Shown: one piece after another, positions 51,581-62,138 of the stretch
How the letters are laid out: the number at the start of each line of letters is the position of its first letter
Position numbering within the stretch: position 1 is the stretch's first letter
Assembly (NCBI GenBank): GCA_965248835.1
Contig: CBDFLJ010000002.1
Coordinates: 672,001-736,000, forward strand
Origin: Alphaproteobacteria bacterium
Lineage (GTDB): Bacteria; Pseudomonadota; Alphaproteobacteria; MPNO01
DNA: 64,000 nt
Reading direction: 5' to 3'
Position numbers and translations under genes: made by a program
Notes under the pieces: model-generated
Databases searched by the model: none
What the model saw: the letters and a program-made list of their open reading frames with translations, nothing else
Told to the model about the DNA's origin: nothing

Positions 51581-52384
51581 TCATGCGCTCCACAACAGCG
51601 GGAACGGGTCGCCGGTCAGCGGTTCCCCGACCTTGAGGCCGAGATCCGAGAAGGGCGGCGAATGCGTACCCTTTTCGGCATAGACGGCATCGTCGCCGAC
51701 CCAGCGGACCGAGAATGCCCGCCGCCGCTCCGTCGAGGCGTTGGCCGGCGCACCGTGAACCGTCCAATAGGTGAAGGCAACGGCATCGCCGGGCGCCATC
51801 GCCCAGCCGCGAATGTCGAAGTCGGCGCGGTTGGCGGCGATATCGGGTACCCGCTCGCGGGAATCCCCGTCGTTCAGCGGGGTGCCGTTGAACCGTTCGG
51901 GCCTGAATTCGCGACCCCATTTGTGGGAGCCGGCGACATACTCGATCACGCAGTCGCGCGCCACCGGATCGAGCGTGATCCACAAGCTGCACGTCATTGC
52001 GACGTCCACGCAATAATAGGGCATGTCGTGGTGCCATGGCGTCACGACCGACGAGCCGGGCTCCTTGACCAGGACATGATCGTGAAACAGGCGTGCCGTC
52101 TTCGACCGCATCAGACGCCCGGCGACGGCCGCAGCCGACGATTCGGTCACGAAGCGTCGGTATTCCGGAATCCTGTTCCAGTTGCAGAAATCCTGAAAGA
52201 AGGGCGCCGTGCCGTCCGCCGGCCGGATGCTTCGCTCGCGCCAGCTTGGCGCCGACATGTTGGTCTCCATCCCGCGCCGCAGCTCATCGACCCAATCGGC
52301 GAAGACGCCCTTCAGAAGGAGCACGCCGTCTGTCTGAAAATCGTCCACGTCCTGATCGGTGACGTAGGGGCGGCCGGCAGCCAT
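51581..52384 (-). CDS. Phytanoyl-CoA dioxygenase (PhyH)-family Fe(II)/2-oxoglutarate dioxygenase
   Basis: HVLVKEPG, TPWHHD, PGDAVAF..WTVHGA and RRAFSVRW. Confidence 0.88.
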   Translation of the reverse strand: MAAGRPYVTDQDVDDFQTDGVLLLKGVFADWVDELRRGMETNMSAPSWRERSIRPADGTAPFFQDFCNWNRIPEYRRFVTESSAAAVAGRLMRSKTARLFHDHVLVKEPGSSVVTPWHHDMPYYCVDVAMTCSLWITLDPVARDCVIEYVAGSHKWGREFRPERFNGTPLNDGDSRERVPDIAANRADFDIRGWAMAPGDAVAFTYWTVHGAPANASTERRRAFSVRWVGDDAVYAEKGTHSPPFSDLGLKVGEPLTGDPFPLLWSA

Positions 52385-52440
52385 TCTGTCCTCCCCGCTC
52401 GCGGTTCGGCGGCCCGCGCCGCCGGTATCCCGATCCAGCC

Positions 52441-52480
52441 TCTTGAATTGTATATATAAATCTTGACTTGTATATATATT
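52441..52480. promoter_or_regulatory. Two tandem HutC-like operator boxes in a divergent promoter
   Basis: 20-bp direct repeat TCTTGA(A/C)TTGTATATATA, similar to the TGTA-N2-TACA HutC box. hutC is in the downstream operon. Confidence 0.75.
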
Positions 52481-52590
52481 TCGATCTTCACTGACAAGAC
52501 GCCTCGCCGCCGGAGCCAATGCCGGTCCGGCGGCGTAATGCGGTTGAGAGCGGGCACGAAAACGCCGGGCTCGCCGAAGGGAGAAGCACA

Positions 52591-53736
52591 ATGACGTCCT
52601 GGAAGTTCAGCATCGCCGCCGCTGCGGCCGTCGCAATGACGGCATCTGCGGCCTCGGCGGAGACCATCAAGATCGGGTTCAACACGCCTCAGACAGGTTT
52701 CGCGGCGGCGGACGGCAAGTCGGTCCTGACCGGCGCGCAGATCGCCGTCGATACGGTGAACGCTGCCGGCGGCGTCAACGGGAACAAGGTCCGCTTGATC
52801 GTCTATGACGATCAGGCCAAGCCCAAGTTTGCCGTGCCGATTGCGACCAAGCTGATCCAGCAGGACAAGGTCGTCATGAGCATTTCGGGCAGCTATTCCG
52901 CGCCGACGCGCGCGTCGGCCGGCGTCTACCAGAGCGCAAAGGTGCCCTACATCTCCGCCTTTGCCGTTCACCCGGACGTTACCCGGGCCGGCGACTATGT
53001 TTTCCGGACCGGTATTCTGGCCAGCGTTCAGGGCAAGGCGGCCGCCAAGCTGGTCGGCGAGACGCTGGGCAAGAGGCGCGCCGTCCTGACAATCATGAAG
53101 AACGATTACGGCAAGGCGCTTGCCGCAGGCTTCAAATCCGTGGCCGCCCGATACGGCATCGAGGTGGTCAAGGAATACCAGTATTCCCTGCGCGATCGTC
53201 AGTTCGGCCCGATCGTTTCGTCGATCAAGGGGGACAATCCCGACGTTATTTTCGATACCGGCTACTGGTTCGTCTCCGCGCCGTTTGTCAGCCAGCTTCG
53301 CGCCGGCGGCGTCAAGGCGGTGGTTGTCGCCCAGGAAGGCTATGACGGCGTCAAGTTCATCGAGATCGCGAAAGAGGCCGCCGAGGGCGTCATCATCGTC
53401 ACGGCGCTGGACCGGGACAGCAAGGATCCGGCCGTCCGCAAGTTCATGGAAGCGTTCAAGGCGCGGGCCGGATACGGGGCGGACATGGTCGGCGCTTCCG
53501 GTCACGCCGCCGTGACGGTCGCCGTGGCGGCGTTGAAGAAGGCCAGCAAGGTCGACCGGGCGGCGGTGCGCGATGCGCTGGCCGCGATCAAGGTGAATGC
53601 GATCACCGGGACGCTTTCGTTCAATGCGCTGGGCGAGGTGCAGAAGTCGATCAAGGTCCAGGTGGTGCGGGACGGACGCTGGCGCTATCACTCCGAGATC
53701 ACCGACGCCAAGCTGCTCACGCCGCCGAACAAGTAA
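52591..53736 (+). CDS. Branched-chain amino acid type (LivK-like) ABC substrate-binding protein
   Basis: Signal peptide, IKIG, AAGGVNG, YDDQ and GDYVFR. Confidence 0.88.
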   Translation: MTSWKFSIAAAAAVAMTASAASAETIKIGFNTPQTGFAAADGKSVLTGAQIAVDTVNAAGGVNGNKVRLIVYDDQAKPKFAVPIATKLIQQDKVVMSISGSYSAPTRASAGVYQSAKVPYISAFAVHPDVTRAGDYVFRTGILASVQGKAAAKLVGETLGKRRAVLTIMKNDYGKALAAGFKSVAARYGIEVVKEYQYSLRDRQFGPIVSSIKGDNPDVIFDTGYWFVSAPFVSQLRAGGVKAVVVAQEGYDGVKFIEIAKEAAEGVIIVTALDRDSKDPAVRKFMEAFKARAGYGADMVGASGHAAVTVAVAALKKASKVDRAAVRDALAAIKVNAITGTLSFNALGEVQKSIKVQVVRDGRWRYHSEITDAKLLTPPNK

Positions 53737-53812
53737 GCCGCGCGCCGGCGGGCATGGGCGGCGCCGTATCCCGCTGCGGCGCCGCCTGTTTTCGCGCGGC
53801 GAATCCTCACGA

Positions 53813-53872
53813 GACCTGTCGATAAGCGACCTGTTGATCGGCGAATTTTTGATACGCGAATTTTTGATGCAA
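53813..53872. repeat. Four degenerate 15-bp tandem repeats, intergenic
   Basis: GACCTGTCGATAAGC / GACCTGTTGATCGGC / GAATTTTTGATACGC / GAATTTTTGATGCAA. Confidence 0.6.
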
Positions 53873-53889
53873 GACCGGGGTTTCCCGCG

Positions 53890-54750
53890 TTGAACTACTC
53901 CGATCTCCTGATTCAGGGGCTGGTCGAAGGGTGCATCTATGCCCTGATCGCCGTCGGCCTGACGCTGGTCTACGGCCTGCTCCGGATCCTCCATATCGCC
54001 CATGCCGGCATCTTCACGCTGGGCGCCTATATCGGCCTGCTGCTGACCAACGAATTTGGCAGCTTTGCCGCCGCCTTCGTCGTCACGATCGTTGCAGTGG
54101 GCTTTTTCGGCATGGCCTTCTACCGGGTGTTCTACGAGCCGATCCTGGACAATCCGCCCCATGTCGCACTGATCGCCTCGATCGGCCTGTTTGTCGCCAT
54201 GGAAGAGATTTACCGGATAGTTTTCGGCGCGACGAGCATCTCCTTTGTGGCGCCGCCGCTGAAGGAAACGGTCTTGGTTGCCGGTGTCCACCTGGAGGAG
54301 GCGCGCATCGTGGTCGTCGTGCTGGCCGTCGTTCTCATCGGCGGACTGGCCGTTCTGGCCGGCAGGACGCGCATCGGCATCGCCTGGCGGGCGACGGTCT
54401 CGGATGCGGCCATGGCGGAGTCTTTCGGGATCAATCTTGCCAGGGTCCGCTACATCAATTTCTTCGTGGCTTCCGCCCTTGCCGCCGCGGCCGGTGTCAT
54501 GGTGGCGCTTCTCATCAACCAGGTGATCCCCACCATGGGCGGCGTGCCGGCATACAAGGCGCTGGCCGTGATCGTTCTGGGCGGCCTCGGCAACGTCAAG
54601 GGAACCCTGATCGCCGCGCTTGCGCTGGGGGTGATCGAATCCTTCGGCACCATCTATCTCGACAAGGTGCTCGATCGCGACGCCATCGCTTTCGCCTTTC
54701 TCATCGCCGTCCTGATGATCCGGCCGCAGGGCCTGTTCAGCCGGCATTGA
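53890..54750 (+). CDS. LivH-like ABC permease
   Basis: YALIAVGLTLVYG, VLGGLGN and RPQGLF. Confidence 0.9.
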   Translation: MNYSDLLIQGLVEGCIYALIAVGLTLVYGLLRILHIAHAGIFTLGAYIGLLLTNEFGSFAAAFVVTIVAVGFFGMAFYRVFYEPILDNPPHVALIASIGLFVAMEEIYRIVFGATSISFVAPPLKETVLVAGVHLEEARIVVVVLAVVLIGGLAVLAGRTRIGIAWRATVSDAAMAESFGINLARVRYINFFVASALAAAAGVMVALLINQVIPTMGGVPAYKALAVIVLGGLGNVKGTLIAALALGVIESFGTIYLDKVLDRDAIAFAFLIAVLMIRPQGLFSRH

Positions 54751-54768
54751 GGGGAAGCGGCGTCCGGC

Positions 54769-55623
54769 ATGTACGAAGTCTCGCTCCTGACCGTCATGAG
54801 CTTCAGCGTCATCTTCGCGCTGAGCCTAAACCTGATCACCGGCTTCTGCGGTCAGATCAGTCTGGGTCACGCAGCCTTTTTCGGCCTCGGCGCCTATGCG
54901 ACCGCCTTGTTCACGACCAACGGCGGGTCGTTCTGGCTGGGTCTTCCAATCGCCGCGGCGGTGGCCGGTTTTTTCGGGTTCATCGTCGGTTTCGCCTCGC
55001 TCCGCGTCCGCCACGATTTTCTGGCGATCACGACCATGGGCGTTGGCTTCCTGTTCACCGGTTTCGTGCGGCAACAGGAGTTTCTGGGCGGCGAGGAAGG
55101 AATTGCCGGGATCCCGGACCCCGGCCTGGGCCAGGTCGGCTACATGCTGCTTTGCGCCGGCTTCGCCGCCTGCGTCATCGGCTTCAGCCTCTACCTCAAA
55201 AGGTCCTGGATGGGGCACGTTTTTGACGCTATCGCGGCCGATGAGGACACGGCTCGGACAATCGGTATCGACGTTGCGCGCTACAAGCTGACCGCCTTCG
55301 TGTTCGGCACCGGGCTTGCCGGCCTCGCCGGGGCATTGTTCGCCCACTACGTCAAGTTCGTCGAGGTCGAGAGTTTCGATTTCATCGAGTCGCTCTCCGT
55401 TCTGGCCATGGTCATCGTCGGCGGCATCGGATCGGTCTGGGGCATCGTGGTGGCGGCAGCTTTCTTGAGCGTGTCGCCGCTCCTTCTCCAGGTTTTCGCA
55501 GACTACAAGCTGCTGATCTACGGCGTGCTGCTGTTCGTCGTCATGCGGTTTGCGCCGGGCGGCATCGACAGCCTGATGCGCGTCCTGTGGCGGCAGGCGT
55601 TCGGCAAACGTCCGGCGGTGTAA
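54769..55623 (+). CDS. LivM-like ABC permease
   Basis: GQISLGHAAFFGLGAY and VIVGGIGS. Confidence 0.9.
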   Translation: MYEVSLLTVMSFSVIFALSLNLITGFCGQISLGHAAFFGLGAYATALFTTNGGSFWLGLPIAAAVAGFFGFIVGFASLRVRHDFLAITTMGVGFLFTGFVRQQEFLGGEEGIAGIPDPGLGQVGYMLLCAGFAACVIGFSLYLKRSWMGHVFDAIAADEDTARTIGIDVARYKLTAFVFGTGLAGLAGALFAHYVKFVEVESFDFIESLSVLAMVIVGGIGSVWGIVVAAAFLSVSPLLLQVFADYKLLIYGVLLFVVMRFAPGGIDSLMRVLWRQAFGKRPAV

Positions 55624-55627
55624 GGCG

Positions 55628-56401
55628 GTGGTAACCGACGCGCTCCTCACCGTATCCGGCGTCTCGGTGCGCTTCGGCGGAGTCAATGCGCTGAGCGACG
55701 TCAGCTTTCGGGTTCCCGAAGGCTGTCTGCTGGGGCTGATCGGTCCGAACGGCGCCGGCAAAACGACGATGATGCGCGCGATTACCGGCATGGTCCGGCC
55801 GCAGTCCGGCAGCATCGTTCTGGATGGCGCGGAGATTTCCCGGCTGCCGACGCATCGCCGGGTGCGCATGGGGCTGGGCCTGTCCCAGCAAATTGTTCGT
55901 CCGTTCGCCAGCATGACGACGGTCGAGAATGTCGTGCTGGCCGCCGGATATGTCAGGACCCGGCAACCGCTCAAGGCGCTTGCCGCCGTCGCCCGGCAGG
56001 CGGAGCGGGAACGCGCGTGCGCCTTGCTGGATCTGGTCGGCATCGCCGATGCCGCGGAGGCGTTCCCGGCCGAACTGCCGCTCGGCCATCTCAAGCGGCT
56101 GGAGGTGGCGCGGGCGCTTGCCCTCGACTCGAAGGTGCTGCTGTTGGACGAACCGCTGGCCGGCCTGAACGGCTTCGAGGCCACCCGGCTGGCCGACACG
56201 ATCGTTGCGTTGAACCGCGAGGGAACCACCGTGGTTCTGATCGAACACAATCTGGGCGAGGTCATGCGCGTTTGCCGGCACCTCGTGGTTCTGGACAACG
56301 GCAGAAAGATCGGCGACGGCGACCCGGCGGTCGTTATGGCCGATCCGGCGGTGCGCGATGCCTATCTCGGCGCGGCGGAGGCGGGCGATGTTGCGACTTG
56401 A
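55628..56401 (+). CDS. LivG-like ABC ATPase
   Basis: GPNGAGKTT, LLLDEP and IEH. Confidence 0.9.
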   Translation: MVTDALLTVSGVSVRFGGVNALSDVSFRVPEGCLLGLIGPNGAGKTTMMRAITGMVRPQSGSIVLDGAEISRLPTHRRVRMGLGLSQQIVRPFASMTTVENVVLAAGYVRTRQPLKALAAVARQAERERACALLDLVGIADAAEAFPAELPLGHLKRLEVARALALDSKVLLLDEPLAGLNGFEATRLADTIVALNREGTTVVLIEHNLGEVMRVCRHLVVLDNGRKIGDGDPAVVMADPAVRDAYLGAAEAGDVAT

Positions 56402-57095
56402 TCGCCTGAGCTGCGGCTATGGCCCTTTCCGGGCGGTCACCGACCTCAGCTTCGAGATCGCCGATGGAACGGTACTGGCGTTGATCGGCGCCAACGGTGC
56501 GGGCAAATCGTCGACGCTGATGACGATTGCCGGCCATGTCGCCGTGATGGGCGGGACGGTGGTGTTCCACGGCGAAGACATTACCGCCGAACCGGCGCGC
56601 GCGCGGGTCGGGCGCGGCATTGCCCTTGCGCCGGAAGGAAGGCGCCTGTTCCCGGATCTGACCGTGCGGGAGAATCTGACCGTCGGCGGTTACAGCCGGC
56701 CCCGGCAGGCGGAAGCGCGCAATGTCGAGCGGGTTCTGGCGCTGTTCCCCCGGCTGGAAGGGCGGCTCCGGCAACTGGCCGGGTCGATGTCCGGCGGCGA
56801 ACAGCAGATGCTGGCGATCGGCCGCGCCCTGATGGCGGAGCCGCGGCTGCTGATGATCGACGAAGTCTCTCTTGGCCTCATGCCGACCGTGATCGACATG
56901 TGCTATGAGGCGCTGGGCCGGTTGCGCGACGAAGGGCTTGCCATTTTGCTGGTCGAACAAAACACGCAGCGCGCCTTCGACATTGCCGATTCCGTGTGCG
57001 TCCTCGAATCCGGCCGGGCCGTCTGGAGCGGTACGGCCGAAGCCGCACGCAACGATCCGGCGCTGGTGGAAGCCTATCTGGGATTGGCGGGATGA
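56388..57095 (+). CDS. LivF-like ABC ATPase
   Basis: GANGAGKS, MSGGEQQMLA and LVEQN. Confidence 0.9.
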   Translation: MLRLDRLSCGYGPFRAVTDLSFEIADGTVLALIGANGAGKSSTLMTIAGHVAVMGGTVVFHGEDITAEPARARVGRGIALAPEGRRLFPDLTVRENLTVGGYSRPRQAEARNVERVLALFPRLEGRLRQLAGSMSGGEQQMLAIGRALMAEPRLLMIDEVSLGLMPTVIDMCYEALGRLRDEGLAILLVEQNTQRAFDIADSVCVLESGRAVWSGTAEAARNDPALVEAYLGLAG

Positions 57096-57871
57096 ACGGA
57101 TCGGCCCCCACACTGCCTTTCGATGCGGCCGATCGGACGCCGCTCTACCAACAGGTCAAGGACTATGTCCGCCGGTCCATCCTGACCGGCGCCTGGCCGG
57201 TCGATCACCGCATTCCTTCGGAGAACGAACTCGTCGGAATGTCCGGCGCCAGCCGGATGACGGTGCACCGCGCCCTGCGCGAGCTCAAGGATGACGGGTG
57301 GCTCCGCCGCGTGCAGGGCCAGGGGACGTTCGTTGCCGACCGGCGCGCGCGGCTCGACCTGCTCGAGATCCGCAACATCGCGGACGTCATCCGCTGCCGC
57401 GGCGCCTATAGCTGCGACGTCATCGTGCATGAAAGCGCCCGGCCGCCGGACGCGATTGCCGACCGGCTCGGCATGGATGCGCAGGCCGATCTGTTCCACA
57501 GCCGGCTGGTCCACCGGCTGGACGGCGCCCCGTTTCAACTGGAAGACCGGTGGGTCAATCCCGCCGTTGCGCCGGACTATCTCGGGGTCGATCTCTCGCG
57601 TCAGACGCCGAACGAATATCTCATGCGCGCCGCACCTCTCAGCGACGTCGAGCATCGTCTCGAAGCCGTCTTGCCCGGCCCGATGGAACGCAAGCTGCTG
57701 GGCATCGACCGTCATCAGCCCTGCCTGCTGCTGCACCGCCGCACCTGGTCCCGCGGTATGGTCGCGTCGCGCGCCTGGCTCACCCACCCGGGCGACCGGT
57801 TCTACCTGTCAACCCGCTTCGCGCATGACGAACGCCTGCCGCGACGCCCTCGATCGGAGCAGCCGCTATGA
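57092..57871 (+). CDS. hutC: Histidine utilization repressor (GntR/UTRA)
   Basis: [32 protein letters not shown] and TPNEYL. Confidence 0.9.
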   Translation: MNGSAPTLPFDAADRTPLYQQVKDYVRRSILTGAWPVDHRIPSENELVGMSGASRMTVHRALRELKDDGWLRRVQGQGTFVADRRARLDLLEIRNIADVIRCRGAYSCDVIVHESARPPDAIADRLGMDAQADLFHSRLVHRLDGAPFQLEDRWVNPAVAPDYLGVDLSRQTPNEYLMRAAPLSDVEHRLEAVLPGPMERKLLGIDRHQPCLLLHRRTWSRGMVASRAWLTHPGDRFYLSTRFAHDERLPRRPRSEQPL

Positions 57872-59556
57872 CCTCTCGCCCGGCGGGGAGCACCCGCCTC
57901 GACAACAGCCGTGAAATCCGTGCGCCGCACGGCACCGAATTGAGCTGCAAGAGCTGGTTGACCGAAGCGCCGATGCGCATGCTCATGAACAATCTGGACG
58001 CTCAGGTCGCCGAGAAACCGCACGAGCTGGTGGTCTATGGCGGCATCGGCCGGGCGGCGCGCAACTGGGATTGTTACGACCGCATCGTGGCCGCGCTTCG
58101 GGCACTCGAGGCCGACGAAACCCTGCTGGTCCAGTCGGGCAAGCCGGTCGGCGTGTTCCGGACCCATGCCGATGCGCCCCGGGTGCTGATCGCCAACTCC
58201 AACATCGTGCCGCATTGGGCGACCCTGGAGAAATTCAACGAACTCGATCGTCTGGGCCTGATGATGTACGGCCAGATGACGGCGGGGTCGTGGATCTATA
58301 TCGGCAGCCAGGGGATCGTTCAGGGCACCTACGAAACCTTCGTCGAAGTCGGCCGGCGGCACTATGGCGGCGACCTTTCCGGCCGCTGGATCCTGACCGG
58401 CGGCCTGGGCGGCATGGGCGGCGCCCAGCCGCTGGCGGCGACCATGGCCGGCGCGTCCTTGCTGGCGGTCGAGTGTCAGCCGAGCCGGATCGAGATGCGG
58501 CTGAAATCCGGCTATCTCGACCGGCAGTCGACCGATCTGGACGAGGCATTGGCGATCGTCGGGGACGCCTGCGCCAGCAAGACGCCGGTGTCGGTGGGCC
58601 TGCTGGGCAATGCCGCCGAAATCTACCCGGAACTGTTAAAGCGCGGCGTGCGGCCGGACGCCGTGACCGATCAGACGAGCGCCCACGATCCGCTCAACGG
58701 CTACCTGCCGGCGGGCTGGTCGCTGGCCGAATGGGACGAAAGGCGGGAAAAGGACCCCGCGGGGACCATGAAGGCCGCCAAGCAATCCATGGCCGTCCAG
58801 GTCCGCGCCATGCTGGACTTCTGGGCGCAGGGGGTGCCGACCCTCGATTACGGCAACAATATCCGCCAGATGGCGCAGGAAATGGGCGTCGACAACGCCT
58901 TCGACTTCCCGGGCTTCGTGCCGGCCTATATCCGCCCGCTTTTCTGCCGGGGAGTCGGGCCGTTCCGGTGGGCGGCGCTGTCCGGCGATCCGGAGGACAT
59001 CTACCGGACCGACGAGAAGGTGAAGGCGCTGATCCCGAACAACCCGCAGCTGCATAACTGGCTCGACATGGCGCGGCAGCGCATCCGGTTTCAGGGCCTG
59101 CCGGCGCGCATCTGCTGGGTTGGCCTGGGCGATCGGCACCGCCTCGGCCTGGCGTTCAACGCGATGGTGGCGAAAGGTGAGCTGAAGGCGCCGGTGGTGA
59201 TCGGCCGGGATCATCTGGACAGCGGCTCGGTCGCCAGCCCGAACCGGGAGACCGAAGGCATGATCGACGGCTCGGACGCGGTGTCAGACTGGCCGTTGCT
59301 GAACGCGTTGCTCAACGCGTCTTCCGGCGCCACCTGGGTCAGCCTGCACCATGGCGGCGGCGTCGGGATCGGCTTTTCGCAGCACGCCGGCATGGTGATC
59401 GTCTGCGACGGCACGGACGAGGCGGCGGCGCGCATCGAGCGGGTGTTGTGGAATGATCCGGCAAGCGGCGTCATGCGCCATGCCGATGCCGGCTACGATG
59501 ATGCCGTGGCCTGCGCCCGCGAGCACGACTTGAACCTGCCGTTTCTAGACGGTTGA
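57868..59556 (+). CDS. hutU: Urocanate hydratase
   Basis: [39 protein letters not shown] and [12 protein letters not shown]. Confidence 0.97.
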   Translation: MTSRPAGSTRLDNSREIRAPHGTELSCKSWLTEAPMRMLMNNLDAQVAEKPHELVVYGGIGRAARNWDCYDRIVAALRALEADETLLVQSGKPVGVFRTHADAPRVLIANSNIVPHWATLEKFNELDRLGLMMYGQMTAGSWIYIGSQGIVQGTYETFVEVGRRHYGGDLSGRWILTGGLGGMGGAQPLAATMAGASLLAVECQPSRIEMRLKSGYLDRQSTDLDEALAIVGDACASKTPVSVGLLGNAAEIYPELLKRGVRPDAVTDQTSAHDPLNGYLPAGWSLAEWDERREKDPAGTMKAAKQSMAVQVRAMLDFWAQGVPTLDYGNNIRQMAQEMGVDNAFDFPGFVPAYIRPLFCRGVGPFRWAALSGDPEDIYRTDEKVKALIPNNPQLHNWLDMARQRIRFQGLPARICWVGLGDRHRLGLAFNAMVAKGELKAPVVIGRDHLDSGSVASPNRETEGMIDGSDAVSDWPLLNALLNASSGATWVSLHHGGGVGIGFSQHAGMVIVCDGTDEAAARIERVLWNDPASGVMRHADAGYDDAVACAREHDLNLPFLDG

Positions 59557-59769
59557 GGTGCTCCCGCCGCATCACGGCGGCGCCCCGGCGGATGACGGGC
59601 GCCAGATAACGCCGGCAAACGCAAGATCACCTACGGAGCTGCTGCGCGGACTCATTCGGACCCTGTTCCCACATGCGCGACGGATCGTCATATTTCAATG
59701 GTTTGGGCGGTATCGCGCGAATCTCTATCGCATGTGTCTATTGTGTGTCTGTGCACGACGGAGGACGAC

Positions 59770-60438
59770 ATGGCAGGACAAACGCAGAAAAGCGACGAAG
59801 AGTTTTTCGCCGAGAGAGGGTTCGGGCTCAAGATCGGCTTCGGCGAGCGGCCGGCACTGATCGTTATCGACATGTTGAAGGCGTTCACCGATCCGGACAG
59901 GATGCTGGGCGCAAACCTGGATGCGGAGATCGAGGCGATCCGGCCGCTGCTCGACGCCGCGCATGAACGCGGCATCCCGGTGATCTTCTCGACGGTGATC
60001 TACGAGGACGACGATCTCAAGGACGCCGGCATCTGGGCGCTCAAGCAGAAGGGCGTCGTCACGCTGAAGGCCGACACCGACGGCGTCGAGGTCGATTCAC
60101 GGCTCGATTTCCGACCGGGCGACACCCTGCTGGTCAAGAAGTACGCCTCCTGCTTCTACGGCACCGACATCGTCTCGCGGCTGATGGCGCATGGCGTTGA
60201 TACGCTGATCGTCACCGGCTGCACCACGTCGGGCTGCGTGCGCGCGACCGCCGTCGATGCGTGCCAGGTGGGGTTCCGGCCCATGGTCGTCCGCGAGGCG
60301 GTCGGCGACCGCTCGCAGTCGGCGCACGACCAGAGCCTGTTCGATCTCAACGCGAAATACGCCGACGTGATCTCGCTCGACGAGGCGCTGCAATACCTCG
60401 CGACGGTGGGTCACAACCGGCCGGCGGCATCGGAATAG
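59770..60438 (+). CDS. Isochorismatase-family cysteine hydrolase (N-carbamoylsarcosine/maleamate amidohydrolase-like)
   Basis: ALIVID, KKYASCFYGT and GCTTSGCVRATAVDA. Confidence 0.88.
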   Translation: MAGQTQKSDEEFFAERGFGLKIGFGERPALIVIDMLKAFTDPDRMLGANLDAEIEAIRPLLDAAHERGIPVIFSTVIYEDDDLKDAGIWALKQKGVVTLKADTDGVEVDSRLDFRPGDTLLVKKYASCFYGTDIVSRLMAHGVDTLIVTGCTTSGCVRATAVDACQVGFRPMVVREAVGDRSQSAHDQSLFDLNAKYADVISLDEALQYLATVGHNRPAASE

Positions 60439-60596
60439 GCCCGCCGGGTCGACCCGGTCGGGCAAGCCGGCGCGCGATTATTCGGACGGGCGCCGGCGTC
60501 GGGATCGGCGTTCCTCTCCGCGGGTGCCTGTCTCGCGCTCATGGCGCGCGAACGCGACGACCGGAGGCAGAGACGGAAGCGATGCCGGGACAGGCT

Positions 60597-61895
60597 TCAT
60601 AGAACCTCGACCCATGTCTTCATGCCCGACGCCTGGTGCGCGAGGGTATGGCAGTGCAAGAGCCATTTGCCGGGGTTGTCGAACACGCAGAGGATGTCCC
60701 GGCTCTGCCGCGGGTTGACCAGCGTCGTGTCCCGGTAGTGACCGAGGGAACCGTCGTCCCGGATTTCGTGGAAGTGGTGGCCGTGAAGATGGATGCCGTG
60801 CGGGAAGGCGGTGTCGTTCCGCATGGTGATCCGCGCGGTCTCGCCGCGGGCGAAGCGATGCCAGGGCGCGTCGGGCAGGCCGGAACGATCGTTGAGGGCC
60901 CAGAAGTCGTTGCCCCCGTGCCGCCCGCCCATCGCGCCGCCCTGCATGACCAGACTCAGGCGGGTCGCCCCGCCCCGGTCCGGTGTCGGGATGTCCGGGC
61001 GCGGAAGGGGCGCGATCGGGGTGTCGATGGGCGCCGGGTTCCGGCCCTTCGCCGCGATCGTCCCGAGTTCGTAGGGATCGCCGCGGGTCAGGAGGGAAAA
61101 CGACACCGGTCCGGTCACGTCGAGGATGACGTCGGTCCGCTGGGCGGGGGCGAGCATCGCCTCTCCGAGCGGCTGCGGCTTCCTCAGCGGCATGCCGTCA
61201 TGGGCCACGACCCGCCCGGCTCCTTGGTCGATCTTCACGCGGAATGTCCTTGCGGTTGCGGTATTGATCAGCCGCAGGCGAACCCGGTCGCCGAGCCGGA
61301 CGGTATCGGGCGAGAACAACGCCCGGGCGAAATTTCCGAGCCGCCCCGCGTGGGAAAAGTCGTGGCGGTTGCCGAACCCGCCGCGCATCTCTCCCGTCCT
61401 GGACAGGCGCCAATCGTCCAGAACGACCGTGATGTCGCGGTCGATTCGGGGCGGGTTGCGTTCCTCGACGATCAACGGGCCGTACAGCCCCTTGGCCACC
61501 TGCTCCCAGGACCGGTGGTGGGCGTGGTACCAGTAGGTTCCGGCGTGGGGCACGACGAAGGCGTAGTCGAAGGTCTCGCCGGGTTCGACCACCGCCTGCG
61601 TAAGGCCCGGCACACCGTCCATCGCGTTGTCGAGGTGGATGCCGTGCCAGTGGATGGCGGAGCCCTGGTCGATTCCGTTCTCGAACGCAACCGATATCCG
61701 ATCGCCCTGGCGGGCGCGGATTTCTGGTCCCGGTGTCAGTCCGTTGAACCCGAGCATCCGCGCAACGCCGTCGCCGTCGGGCAGTAGGCGGGCGGTGACG
61801 GGGCCGGCCCTCAACTTCATAGCCGGTCCCGCCCGGCCGATTGCCGGGGCGAGGGCCATTGCGGTCGAGGTCATGAGAAACGTTCGTCGATCCAT
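60597..61895 (-). CDS. Tat-exported multicopper oxidase
   Basis: MDRRTFL Tat motif, HWHG, WYHAH, HGIHLHGH and HCHTLAH..M. Confidence 0.92.
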   Translation of the reverse strand: MDRRTFLMTSTAMALAPAIGRAGPAMKLRAGPVTARLLPDGDGVARMLGFNGLTPGPEIRARQGDRISVAFENGIDQGSAIHWHGIHLDNAMDGVPGLTQAVVEPGETFDYAFVVPHAGTYWYHAHHRSWEQVAKGLYGPLIVEERNPPRIDRDITVVLDDWRLSRTGEMRGGFGNRHDFSHAGRLGNFARALFSPDTVRLGDRVRLRLINTATARTFRVKIDQGAGRVVAHDGMPLRKPQPLGEAMLAPAQRTDVILDVTGPVSFSLLTRGDPYELGTIAAKGRNPAPIDTPIAPLPRPDIPTPDRGGATRLSLVMQGGAMGGRHGGNDFWALNDRSGLPDAPWHRFARGETARITMRNDTAFPHGIHLHGHHFHEIRDDGSLGHYRDTTLVNPRQSRDILCVFDNPGKWLLHCHTLAHQASGMKTWVEVL

Positions 61896-62091
61896 GGAAC
61901 ACCTCGGAACGGCAAACCCGGCATGCTCGTCAGCGTGCCACCATAGCCGGTTGCGGCCGGGGCTGAAACATCCCTGACCAGGCCGCGGCGAGGCGCCGGA
62001 GACTAGCGCCGCAGGCGGTGATGCGAACGACGATAACGCCCTGTCGGTCGCGCCGAAAAATGCCGGAGCCCCTTTGTCGCTTGCCTTGAAG

Positions 62092-62138
62092 CGGTGGTGA
62101 CGGACGGTTGGCGCCTTGACGACCGTCCGTCACCACCG
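62092..62138. repeat. 17-bp perfect inverted repeat (13-nt loop) at the 3' end of the recombinase
   Basis: CGGTGGTGACGGACGGT and ACCGTCCGTCACCACCG. Confidence 0.8.

Noticed and set aside
53813-53872. Short repeats as a CRISPR array
   Set aside because: The units are contiguous 15-mers with no spacers, and no cas genes are present.
52312-54747. 811-aa minus-strand ORF and many other long overlapping ORFs (e.g. 23278-24699, 35054-36454, 49543-51072)
   Set aside because: Antisense or off-frame shadows of well-supported genes in high-GC DNA, with no recognisable motifs.
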